A stretch of DNA of 64,000 bases from Bacteroidia bacterium (GTDB taxonomy: Bacteria; Bacteroidota; Bacteroidia; Bacteroidales; CAJPTX01): positions 2,060-66,059 of the forward strand of contig CAJPTC010000013.1 in NCBI GenBank assembly GCA_905373475.1. Direction: 5' to 3'. The notes below the pieces were generated by a model. It searched no databases. It saw only the letters and a list, made by a program, of their open reading frames with translations, and had not been told where the DNA came from. The translations under genes were made by a program, and so were the position numbers. This document shows, piece by piece, positions 17,501 to 26,900 of the stretch (the stretch's first letter is position 1; each line of letters opens with the position of its first letter).

Positions 17501-20500
17501 CTGGTGCAAAGCTCTATTATGAAGGACGCGCTATAGAACCCAATACTCCGTTTGTTGTAGATTTTAGTGTGCCAGTCTACTTACGCGTTGTTGCACAGAA
17601 TGGACGCGACATTAAGTATTATACACTGACCCTCGCAATGGAACAAAACATACAGTGGGGGACGGAAAAAATTACACATGTATTTACTAAAGAGCCCCTT
17701 CTGTTGGATGCTAAAACTACGTCGGGGCTTCCTGTGCAGTACATTTCAGCCAATCCGTCGGTGGTAAGTTTTGATCCCGACGGAAAGTGTATTGTTGCAG
17801 GAGTGGGGACTACTACAATTCGGGCAACGCAAACAGGCAATGCACAGTATCTCGCAGCATCTTCAGTGGAACGCGCAGTAGAGATTACACCAGCTCCGCT
17901 TACAATTAAAATGAAAGATGCGCGTATGGCACAAGGCGACCCGATGCCCGAATTTGAATTCGAGTACGAGGGTTTACAGTTTGAGAATACGCAGTATAAG
18001 TTTGATATCCCTTACGAAATACTGGATGCTAAAGGGCTACCTTGGGAAGGAACAGAGCAGCTTGCGCAAGGTGAATATGTGGTCAGACCGAAGGGTTACA
18101 CCGTACCAGTTCGTCGCGATAACTATCAGGTAACCTACAATAATGGTAAGCTAATAGTAGCGCCCGCAAGCGCTGCACAGAAGGTCACTTTTAAGGTGAT
18201 CGATGAGACAGGGAATGTATTACCCAACATTGCATTGAAATGTGCTCAATATCGTCTACAAACGAATGAAAATGGGATAGCCGAGCTGTATCTAACGCCT
18301 GCTACTTACCAAGTATATGCTCGCAAAACAGATTATGCGACTGCGAAGGTGGAATTTGTTGTGACGAATCAAGTGCAAACGGTACATGTGCAGCTTCGCA
18401 GGCTTGTACATGAACTATCGTACACAGCCGATGCATTTGGCGTAATACAAGGTAAAGCGACACAGCGGGTTGCAAATGGAGGAAATGGTGAGCGAGTAAT
18501 TGCAGTGCCCATTACTCCATCTTATCGCTTCAAGCGGTGGTCGGATGGTTCTACAGAGGCATCTCGTGTCGATATGAACGTTACGAAGGGTATAGCGGTC
18601 AGGGCAGAATTTGAAGAAGCCTCCTACACCCTATCTTACAAGCTTGGAAAAGGGGGAAAATGGGTCGCTGGACAACAAACGCAAACGGTACAACACGGGA
18701 AAAATGGTACATCTGTCGAGGTTGAACCGTTAGATGGTTGGGTTTTCATTGGTTGGTCGGATGGTAATGAAGATGCTATGCGCACGGATACGGATGTTGT
18801 AAAAGACATTGACGTAGAAGCTCAATTCTTCAAACCACATCTGCTTACATGGACTGAGAATTTTGACCTTGGGGATGACGTATTACGATACTGGTTCTTT
18901 GATGTACAAAGCGAAGGCGAAGGTTGGAAACTAGTACCCAGCAAAACTGTGCTAGGGGCTGCAGCTGAAGGTGAAATATTGAAAATTGAACCAGTAGGAC
19001 AAAATCCGTTCTATCACGAATGCTTTGTAGAAACCCCTTGGCTTTCGTTGGCGGGAAGATCTGCTGCGGGCGGTGTAAAGATAAGTTATGACCTCTATTA
19101 TAAGAAGGCGCGTAACACAAGTGCTGTGCTTGAGTATAGTTTTGATGAAGAAGATTGGACTTCGATCGAAGAGCTAGAGGAAGGTTCTGGAACGAGGAAG
19201 ACATCTGTAATTCCTGATGGCAATCTTGCAGGCAATGATTTTATCCGTTTCCGTTGGGTGTTTACAAGCGAGAATTTCAATACCTACCTTGCTATAGACA
19301 ACATTTCGGTATCGCTCGATCCGCAACCTGAGGAGCAAACCATGTTAAGATATTTTGCAGGTGAGCATGGTAAGTTGATGGTAGAAGGCGAAACAGAAAA
19401 GGTAAAGACTGTTGAAGTGCAAACTAAGAAGGGCGTAGACGGAGCAAAGGTTACAGCAGTGCCAGATGCTGGTTACCTCTTCGATAAGTGGAGCGATGGG
19501 AAAATGGAAGCAACACGTCAGGATCAGCAGTTACCTGTTACTGTGGGGGCATTTTTCAGACGTCAACTCAAAATACAGTATACGCTAAGCTACAAAGTGA
19601 AAGGAAATGGAATTCTGGAAGGAGTCTTATACCAGCGCCTTGAAGAAGGTGAGATGGGGACACCAGTGTATGCACGTCCTAGCGAAGGAAACAAATTTGT
19701 CCGTTGGTCGGATGGCGTAACAGACAATCCGCGTTCCGATGTAGCTACTGCTACTACTACGTACGAAGCAGAGTTTGAAGTAGATGCTCCTAAAAGATTC
19801 GTCGTAACGCTTGCGAAAAAAGGAGAGGGCGAGCTGAAGATAACGGGCATAGAAGAAAGTAAACTGAATGCCGTTCCCGAAGGCACCGAGCTCACGGCAG
19901 TGGCAACGCCTGCAAAGGGTTGGAAGTTGAAGAGCCTGATGGCAGGCACGCAGGACATCTCGTCAGACGGCAAGTTCACGGTAACAGCCAATGTTGAGGT
20001 GAAGGCAGTGTTTGAAAAAGAAGGTACTATTCCGCAACCCACAACTTTCGCTGTAACGCTTAAGAAAGACGGTGAAGGAGAGCTGAAGGTAACAGGCATT
20101 GAAGAAAGTAAATTGAATGTCGTCCCTGAAGGCACTGAACTCACGGCAGTGGCAACGCCTGCAAAGGGTTGGAAGTTGAAGAGCCTTACGGCGGGTACGC
20201 AGGACATCTTGTCGGACGGTAAGTTCACGGTAACAGCCAATGTTGAGGTAAAGGCAGTATTTGAAAAGAGCACTTTTGTGGAGGATGCAATGCTTGCTAA
20301 CGTGCTTGTAGCGCCCAATCCGTTCGATAATCAATTACGAATTGTAAACGGTGATTTACGAGGGGAATACGCGCTATTGAATGCACAAGGTGCTGTAGTA
20401 CGTAGTGGCAATATGGCTGGTAACGAGGTACTGATTGAAACAAGCGATCTTACTTCGGGGCTCTACCTCTTGCGTCTTACTGCCGAAAATGGTGCAACGA

Positions 20501-20529
20501 AGACAATAACAGTTGTAAAAGACAGATGA
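11530..20529 (+). CDS. Giant (~2,999 aa) multidomain subtilase-family (S8) surface protein with T9SS C-terminal sorting domain, paralog 2
   Basis: The ORF track starts at TTG 11515. The in-frame ATG at 11530 gives MRRSLLLLLFLSIGLLLYA|QEP, colinear with copy 1, so 11530 is used. The S8 motifs are intact: GIWDANIGDHVDYG, SHGMHTSGTIVGSG, LTSNSYG and GTSMACPTVTGHLALL. Domain order matches copy 1 (LamG-like WQHIAVS..VYIDGE..FRLWN, Big_2/MBG, InlB-type repeats, MAM-like, 2 x 83-aa module, CTD VAPNPF..GLYLLRL..KTITVVKDR). The central region carries many substitutions and indels relative to copies 1 and 3; identity was not computed. Confidence 0.9.
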   Translation: MRRSLLLLLFLSIGLLLYAQEPVRFGDHEVYLEANVHPPRRNYKTSSLELGTPAGEKLNVLVQFNTAPISQEALAKKGVVLGDYLGGNAYYAQVTPGSRPSDFVGTGLRTVVPIRSEWKVVTALLQHKIPTWARQNDNIRMRLSWFNSVSWEQVKIELDRIGVSYRANSLFFKNVEIEGSYEQILALAEYEGIAFIQYCKPPEVLSNYHGARLSGGSLLSRPTSLYGRGLTGKNVRIGIWDANIGDHVDYGTRVHNMEFEDPIIEAGSHGMHTSGTIVGSGLCDERGRGLAPAAQLWAYNFGNGLNGKSSALEMYETYIKEHISLTSNSYGYALAAFCEYESFFTYTELANIDVDYLAYYIPDLTHVFAAGNDQDETRCALEWSHATNYSKNIISVGAVNTEGRITSFSSFGPLRDGRLFPIISARGEEVYSTIYGQAYKAEDGTSMACPTVTGHLALLSERWMQLHGGAAPYNYYLKALVANTAQDVGNPGPDYKYGFGILDAEAAVVALENNWHALKALEQGGAEQEIKITVPDGVKELRVALCWSDPVVNKEYAYGECPIVNDLDLTLHAQGKMYYPYTLNPAEPHLPAVATQRNKVDNIEQVRILAPTAGECTIKVGGTVRQGAKQPYAVVWYFDYQKPEIVSPQIADINSPDEELYLHTKNMIAPLRVELSTDGGKSYEVLGQFANNSVFTLPSPIVATNKASLRVIDAQGLIATTAGYFTIMPRVQDLQLTSAPCSTLGWQLAWNAVDEAAKYKILRADLEKETYNEIAEVEGTTTTYALQDNQVSAARNMYAVQAISASGLCGARSRGVITNQPQPKVLTLTDLPYTETFVGWPMQHVAVITGSKLEFSVQEPHPRWGFPLKSQMIAWEGKSDAPDWDKPFEQRDHVGSISACGIDLTNIPLGTQLQLVSYCLLKKPKEDGQVGSLLRVLVDGKELADELGREVIEGDGDEHRIAWDISKYAGEKIALNFEAALASDEDGAIIAYYQILQKTDRPDVGIAWVNDPKIDDMADMHEETIRFSVQNYSTCEVKNVPVSVLVDDKLVYTNVFQTLKPFEGRTVSYKHDFTSQEPHKFNVRVRAEISGDIDPTNNEKEFEVYNIGNVIAMPEVVYFEFFGQSIRKVPYISRKINGKQLFVDGRGALEPYKTDQEGVLQIVPTASNRIVQATFREYDLAEGDTLAIFTGNVPTNLKVAPRNARIKLTGKSTTPQVFVSEADNGGLTFCFVGYNERTTAGGWIAEVQEFEAENQWKLESLITVDGEEVNSKKVQATIENLLPVDLYNVGLYVTVNGMFERYTIPVLKASNQTIYTLPQQFNTTPPARYEIVAQLVKDGDVSDNEKKLTLEYDPLWHNGTIAAPEKLYIASLRTVDSSTVQIQSQAKVNYMPQHIVPLYMQSNNVVWLTLSGKPTTNELPSQLRVWIDANDNNTLEDAELTMVEVVANKLEYQIAFNLSNFPEIKVGKHRMRLMLSTESDYQKFVIGETIVWGHVVDLTADVKDGNNLYDYELSLVSLVAPVTGHSLTGAEKVTVRVRNNGVAPQKNVELVLTVDEQEVATESIPCALAAVGGEAELSFSKPIDLSAQGKHLISVALKNADNNTKDNEIKERVFNIAPQTNTIYGLSFVGNEREAIELPLQGHNVDKECTIEGWWLLNKPQRCELVNEEGIWLASLAGSDQFPDNTLVFMAGNSGLLLSKTPVLKPGKWQHIAVSMKVAYGWSGEMTTHPTVYIDGELVEMERYGNGILSFKNLLLNVKFDGQLAMFRLWNKERGSADLLQNMTKSVRTADNKLPSDCVGEYIFTEGQGIASAYGQGRYAVIHSQRPDVWNPIQRIVASAHMEGEKVPPQYVETNKIKIIVPTDFTEFDKVKVTFDLDWLGATVSHNGTVVLPETELNFETSSDHTLQFKAEKKDFFGATLVQEFSIKLENDASGACDLVELAMQKADNPGLKDEILLTNCDQTLKLNVKQEGVTPIDVRNLKLVAKQLSPGAKLYYEGRAIEPNTPFVVDFSVPVYLRVVAQNGRDIKYYTLTLAMEQNIQWGTEKITHVFTKEPLLLDAKTTSGLPVQYISANPSVVSFDPDGKCIVAGVGTTTIRATQTGNAQYLAASSVERAVEITPAPLTIKMKDARMAQGDPMPEFEFEYEGLQFENTQYKFDIPYEILDAKGLPWEGTEQLAQGEYVVRPKGYTVPVRRDNYQVTYNNGKLIVAPASAAQKVTFKVIDETGNVLPNIALKCAQYRLQTNENGIAELYLTPATYQVYARKTDYATAKVEFVVTNQVQTVHVQLRRLVHELSYTADAFGVIQGKATQRVANGGNGERVIAVPITPSYRFKRWSDGSTEASRVDMNVTKGIAVRAEFEEASYTLSYKLGKGGKWVAGQQTQTVQHGKNGTSVEVEPLDGWVFIGWSDGNEDAMRTDTDVVKDIDVEAQFFKPHLLTWTENFDLGDDVLRYWFFDVQSEGEGWKLVPSKTVLGAAAEGEILKIEPVGQNPFYHECFVETPWLSLAGRSAAGGVKISYDLYYKKARNTSAVLEYSFDEEDWTSIEELEEGSGTRKTSVIPDGNLAGNDFIRFRWVFTSENFNTYLAIDNISVSLDPQPEEQTMLRYFAGEHGKLMVEGETEKVKTVEVQTKKGVDGAKVTAVPDAGYLFDKWSDGKMEATRQDQQLPVTVGAFFRRQLKIQYTLSYKVKGNGILEGVLYQRLEEGEMGTPVYARPSEGNKFVRWSDGVTDNPRSDVATATTTYEAEFEVDAPKRFVVTLAKKGEGELKITGIEESKLNAVPEGTELTAVATPAKGWKLKSLMAGTQDISSDGKFTVTANVEVKAVFEKEGTIPQPTTFAVTLKKDGEGELKVTGIEESKLNVVPEGTELTAVATPAKGWKLKSLTAGTQDILSDGKFTVTANVEVKAVFEKSTFVEDAMLANVLVAPNPFDNQLRIVNGDLRGEYALLNAQGAVVRSGNMAGNEVLIETSDLTSGLYLLRLTAENGATKTITVVKDR
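19798..20268 (+). repeat. In-frame tandem duplication (2 x ~249 bp = 83 aa) inside giant gene 2
   Basis: Copy starts lie at 19798 and 20047: FVVTLAKKGEGELKITGIEESKLNAVPEGTELTAVATPAKGWKLKSL.. and FAVTLKKDGEGELKVTGIEESKLNVVPEGTELTAVATPAKGWKLKSL... Long stretches are identical to 9865-10330 and 29441-29911. Confidence 0.9.
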
Positions 20530-20532
20530 TTT

Positions 20533-20726
20533 GTAGGGGCAAGGCGTGCCTCGCCCGAATGAACGCATTGATAATCAATGATAACGGGCATGACTTTCGG
20601 GTTGTGCCCGTTTTTGATAGGTTTTCGCCCAACGTTTCACATTGGGCTAAAAACACCCACCACCGCCATACGGCGGGGTTCTATTACGGCGTGCCATGGC
20701 GCGCTGCTACACGTATTAATGTGTTT
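20533..20726. repeat. REP-like palindromic modules in the gene2-gene3 spacer
   Basis: TGTAGGGGCAAGGCGTGCCTCGCCC hairpin at 20533-20556; GCCCAACGTTTCACATTGGGC at 20627-20647; CCGCCATACGGCGGGGTTCTAT at 20663-20684; ACGGCGTGCCATGGCGCGCTGCTACACGTA at 20686-20715. The module order matches 11056-11140. Confidence 0.75.
20585..20615 (+). terminator. Putative intrinsic terminator downstream of giant gene 2
   Basis: CGGGCATGAC-TTTCGG-GTTGTGCCCG stem (with G-U pairs) followed by TTTTT. A homologous hairpin plus T-run lies at 30286-30317 after gene 3. Confidence 0.55.
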
Positions 20727-20932
20727 TGTAGAGACGAGGCATGCTTTGTGCAGTTTCCTCGTGCAATTTATTCGTAGAAACGCAAACGAAAATATATAAT
20801 ACTCTGATTGATAATAATATTTTTCGTTTCATATACATGTTTTCTTAGAAATACGAATACCGAAAGATTTTACTCTTCTTTTGACAAAAGGCGCTAACTT
20901 AGTTAGCAATTAACTAATTGTATAGAGAACAG
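20727..20932 (+). promoter_or_regulatory. Conserved upstream/leader region of giant subtilase gene copy 3
   Basis: Near-identical to 11309-11529 (see that feature) and shares its blocks with 1181-1374. Confidence 0.5.
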
Positions 20933-23900
20933 ATGAGACGATCTTTACTTTTGTTACTCTTTTTGAGCATTGGTTTATTGCTTTATGCACAAGAGCCAGT
21001 TCGTTTTGGAGACCATGAGGTTTACCTAGAGGCGAATGTACACGCCAAGGTACGTGGACACAAAACGTCTAGTTTGGAGTTGGGTATTCCTACTGGCGAA
21101 AAACTCAACGTGCTAGTTCAGTTTGGAACTGAGAAAATCTCTTACGAGGCGTTGAAGCAAAAAGGTGTAAAATTGGGCGATTACCTTGGAAGCAATGCCT
21201 ACTATGCTCAAGTAGATCCAGGTAGCCGTCCGAGCGATTTTGTGGGTACTGGGCTTCGTACAGTAGTACCCATTCGTGGTGAGTGGAAAGTGGTGAACAG
21301 CTTACTCCAGAATACTGCTCCAGATTGGGCAGTAGACGGTGCCCGATTAAAGATGACGCTTTCATGGTTCTCTGGTGTATCGTGGGTAAAGGTAAAGTCG
21401 TTGTTGGAGAAAAAGCAGATTGCCTATCATGCAGCATCTGAGCCTCTACAAACCGTGGAGATTGAGGGGACACGCGATGCCATTCTGGCTCTTGCCAGTG
21501 AGGAGTGCGTATCGTTTATTACTTGGACTGCCCCTCCACAAGAAATAACGAATTATCATGGAGCACGCCTAAGTGGTGCGTCTGTATTAAGTCTTCCTCC
21601 TTTGCAAAATGGGCGCGGACTCACAGGGAAAGGGATTCGGATAGGTATTTGGGATGGTAACGTTGGCGATCACGTCGATTATGGTTCTAGGGTACATCGT
21701 TGTGAATTTGAACAATCGATAACTGGAACAGGTGCTCATGGTATGCATACGACGGGGACAATTGTTGGGAGTGGTCTTCTCGACCCACGGACACAAGGCA
21801 TGGCTCCTGAGGCGCAGATTTGGACCTATAATTTCACGGTAGTGTCTAATGGGAAGCCTATACCTCAAAAAATGTATGAGGCATATATGGCAGAGGATAT
21901 TTCGCTTACTTCCAATTCTTATGGTTTGAAGATCAAGAACATTTGTGGGCGCGACGAGCTTTTCAATTATACCTTGATGGGGAATTCGAATGTTGATTAC
22001 CTCTCGTGTAACATTCCTACTTTAACACATGTCTATGCCGCTGGGAATGATCAATACGCCTGCCAACGTCCATTCTCTCATTCGGGGAATTATTCCAAAA
22101 ACATAATTTCAGTTGGAGCACTTGATGCATTCGGTACGATAACAGATTTCTCTAGTTTTGGTCCGCTACTCGATGGTCGTATTTACCCTATCGTAAGCGC
22201 GTACGGTTATGCCGTTCTTTCCACAGTAGATGGGCAGCGATATGAACGGATGAATGGTACCTCTATGGCTTGTCCTACTGTAACGGGTCATCTGGCGTTA
22301 CTCACGCAACGTTGGAAACAATTGCATGGTGGGGCATTGCCCACGAACTATTTTTTGAAGGCGCTGATAGCTAATACGGCGGACGATGCAGGCAACTTAG
22401 GACCAGACTATAAGTATGGCTTTGGTATTCTGAATGCAGAGGCTGCTGTTACCGTAATAGAAGGCAGAACGTACGAATTAGCACAACTAACAACCGATAC
22501 GCAAAAACGAGACTTGACACTTCAAGTGCCGAATGGGGTACAGGAATTGCGCGTGATGCTGTGTTGGAACGACCCCGTTGCGCGAAAAGAATATCTCACA
22601 GGCGAGAGTCCATTAGTAAATGATCTCAACCTTTCTGTAACTTCTGGTGGTACAACACATCTACCTCTAACTTTAGATTTTAAGCACCCCAGTGCATTAG
22701 CGCAAGAAGCGGTGAATAAGGTAGATAATATTGAGCAGGTAGTAATAAAAAATCCAGCGCAGGGAGAATATATTCTTACAGTGAACGGTGTGTTGAAACA
22801 GGGTGACAAACAACCCTACGCACTCGTTTGGTATTTTGACTATCAGCAGCCGACTATTGTTTCTCCTGCTATGGGTGATATTTTTGCAGCGGGCGATACT
22901 GTTTATCTCCGTACGAGGAATATGCAGTCACCTCTTAGCGTCTCTTTTTCTACTGATGATGGAACAACATTTACAGCACTTGGTAGCTACGATGCAAACG
23001 CTGCTGTAGTACTTCCTAAGTCACTTGCTCCGACCAATAGTGCAATTCTCCGTGCAACAGATGCAAACAACCAAACGCTGGAGGTGGCACAATTGACTAT
23101 TATGGGGCAAGTTAAAGGCGTGAAGTTGACAACGTCGCCTTGTAGTAGTGATGGGTGGAAGTTAGCGTGGGAAGAGGTCGCCGATGCGGCGCATTATGAA
23201 ATCCTAAAGGGAGATATCGAGAAAGGAAGTTACGAGAAAGTTGCCGAAGTAGCTGCCCCAGCATTGGAGTATGTAATATCCAGTAGCGATGTAGTTCTCG
23301 GGCGCAATGTTTATGCCGTTCGCGCCGTAAGTAGTACGGGGATTAAAGGACAGCGGAGCGTAGGCGTATTATCGCAGGCAGCAATGCCTCTAATGTTGAG
23401 TGAACAGCAACTCCCATTTTTCGATTCGTTTGTGGGTACACCTTTCCGTTATGTGACAACTGAGGCTGGTAAAAAAATAAAATTTAGGAAAGAGGAAGCC
23501 TTAGAAAATTATGCACTTCCGTTTGATTCTCATATGCTGGTGTGGCAACCTTCACGCCCAGCAAGCGCTTGGGAGAATCCGTTTGTAACGCAACGCGACA
23601 ATGTCGGTGCTGTAAGCATGTGTGAAATAGATCTTTCGGCAATTTCCGCAGGAACAGCGTTGAAGTTTGTAGCCAACTACTATATGGCTAAGAGTGCAAA
23701 GCCAAAAGGGTCGTTGTTACGCTTATTAGTTGATAATGAGGAGGTCGCCGATGAATTAGGACGCACACAAATCGCAGGCGATTCTGATGAGCATTTTGCC
23801 GCTTGGGACTTCTCAGAGTATGCTGGGAAAAAGATAAGGGTTAAGCTAGAATTTGCACTTGCGACTCCGCAAGATGGTATAGTCCTAATTTCTTATCAGC

Positions 23901-26900
23901 TCATGACTAAAACCCAACAGTCTGATGTCGGAATTGTTTGGGCAAATGTGCCAGAGATTAGCGCGAAAGCCTACATGGAGAACGAAGATATTCGTTTCAA
24001 GGTGCAGAATTTCTCTTCCGTGGAAGCCCAAAATATCCCTGTCTCTGTGCAGGTAGACGGTGAAGTGGTATACTCCTACCTAATTGAGACGCTGAAGCCT
24101 TTTGAGGATAGGATCTTCTCCTATAAGCACAATTTTGCGAGTAGGGAGGCGCGTAAGTATGTTGTAGATATACGTACATCTGTAAAAGATGACGCTAAAC
24201 CTCAGAATAACGAGGCGACTTTTGGTGTCTATAATATGGGAGAGGTGCTTACGATGCCAGAAGTAACCTATGTGGAATTTATGGGGTCGTTATTTCCCCA
24301 GATCCCCTATGAGACGCACCGTTTTTCTGGTCATCGGAAATTTGTGGATGGAAGAGGAGAATTAGGCTCGTATAATCCCGGTGAGTTTGCGGTGCTTAAG
24401 CTCCTACCTACTGCTCCCAATAGTGTGTTGCAAGCTACATTCTTGAAGCAAGAGCTTGCAGTAAGTGATACGTTGTTTGTCTTTACAGGCAATGTTCCAA
24501 GCAATTTGCAAGACATCAGTACGAAGGATGCATCTTACATTCTTACGGGGAGATCCTCTGACCCCAGCACCTTTATCTCGGAGGCAACTGACGGAGCGCT
24601 TACATTTATTCTGATCGGCTATAACAAGATTCCTGGGGAAGGGTGGATTGCTAATCTGAGCGAACTACCAATGCCTAATCAGTGGCAATTACTCAAGATA
24701 AAAGAGGTAGCAGGTTCAGATGCTGTGCATAGTAAGCTAGAACTTACGGTAAATAATTTGCTTCCCGTTCCTTTCTATAATGTAGGCGTTTATCTTTCAG
24801 TAGATGGTGTAACAAAACGTTTGACGATCCCTCAATTGCCTGCTGGCGAATCAGTAGTAGTTCTCGACGAAGAGTTGAGTATTGCACCTCCGATGCGCTC
24901 GGAAGTGCTAGTAACACTTGCTAGCGATGGTGATGTAAGCGACAATAGTCAAAAATGCCTCATACAACATGACCCTATTGGGAAACTGGGGGGGAAGATT
25001 ACCTCGCCGAATGCACTTTATATAGCCGAGGTTGCAGTAGTAGGAGAGAAGGATACTATTCGTCTTTTGCCGTCGGAGTATATTACCTATAAGCCCGAAT
25101 GCAAAATTCCTCTTTATACGAAGAGTGAGAATGCTCTAAGAGTTCGTTTATCGGGTAAACCAACGCAAGAGCAGAGTGTTGCTAAGCTTCGGATCTGGAC
25201 AAATCTTGACGGTAACAACGAACTGAAGGATGAAGCCCCTGAACTTATCGTAGTCCCCTTGCAAAAGGACAAGAGCGGCTATGAGGCTGTGATAAATTTG
25301 TCTGCTGTTACCTCAATAGCCTTGGGAGAACAACGAATGCGTGTAATGCTGGCAACAGATGAAGGATATGCCCTGTTCAAAGAAGGGAAGGAAATGGAAT
25401 GGGGAAGTGTTGTCGATTTTACTGCTTTAATCCGCGAAGGTGTCAGTCCGAATGATTATGAACTTGCCCTATTGCGCTTTCAATCACCCAAAACCGCTCA
25501 TACATTAGGGGTTGCCGAGCCAATATCGCTAAAGGTGCGCAACAATGGTTTGGCAAAACTCACTAGCATAGCGCTCTCATGTATGGTCGATAATTTGACG
25601 TTTGACGAGACGGTGAATTGTGATATTGCTCCGCGCGGTGGTGTGGGGACTGTTACGTTGTCGCATGGGGCAGATTTGAGTCTTGAAGGGAAACACACCA
25701 TCCAGATTGCTCTGAAAAATAAGGATGTTAACCAGGCTGATAACAGCTTAAAGCTTACTGTATTTAATATTCCCGCACGGACTGAAGATTTGTATTCGCT
25801 CTCTTTTGTAGGCGATAAGGAGGAATATGTGAGTTTCCCACGTGTTGCACAGAATATAGAGAATGAGGCAACGGTAGAAGGTTGGTGGTATCTTAATAAG
25901 CCACAGATGAGTGGTCTCGTTTATGGCGGAGAAAACGGAATACAAGTGCTTTCTTTGGCGGGGCATAAAGATTATCCCGACAATTCGTTGGTTGTTTTGA
26001 TCGGTCCCAATGGCGGTTATGTGAGTAAACAACCTGTAATAAAGCCCGAACAGTGGCAGCATATCGCAGTGACGCTAGTTCAAGACGAAGATATGTTTAC
26101 AGGCAATATGCTGACTACTGCGGAAGTATTTATTGATGGGCAAAAAATACAATTAAAACGCTTACGTTATGATGGCTTTAAGCTAGAACACCTCTGGGCA
26201 AATGTGCGTCTTCAAGGGCAAAATGCAATGTTCCGTTTATGGAATACAGTGCGTACGCCTGCCGAGATAAAAGACAATATGTGCAAGAGCGTTCGTATTG
26301 CTGATGGTACATTGCCTACAGGTTGTGAGGCAGAGTTCCTTTATACAGAGGGACGTAGTCAAGCATCGGCATCGGGAGATGAACACTTTGCAATGATTCG
26401 TAGTGAACGCACCGATGTTTGGAAAAAGCTAGAGCGGGTAGTTAGAAGCGTGGAGGTTGCTCAACAAGTGCGTCCGACGGAGCATGAGGGCAGCGCTATG
26501 ACCATAACTTTACCGCAAGACTTTGTTGGCTTTGACAAAGTAAAGTTGCAATTCTTGTCAGATTGGGCAGACGCTGAAATAACCTATAGCAGTGCTGTTA
26601 TAACTTCGGATACGGAGATAGATTTCTCGCAAAATTCCGAGCACAAGTTAGCCTTTAAGGCTGTTAAGAGTGATTTATTTGGCAAGACTCTGACGCAAGA
26701 TTTCACGGTTCAATTAAAGAATGATCTGTCCAACGCTTGTGATATAGAAGAGCTGGCGCTTCTAAAACTTAAAAATAGCGGCTTGAAGGAAGATCTTACC
26801 GTAAATAATCCGAGTACTCTAATTGTTTTGGATACTGGTGATGAAGTACTCTCAGATGAATTTGACGCAAGTCATGTGTGTTTAACGATAAAACGGCTCT

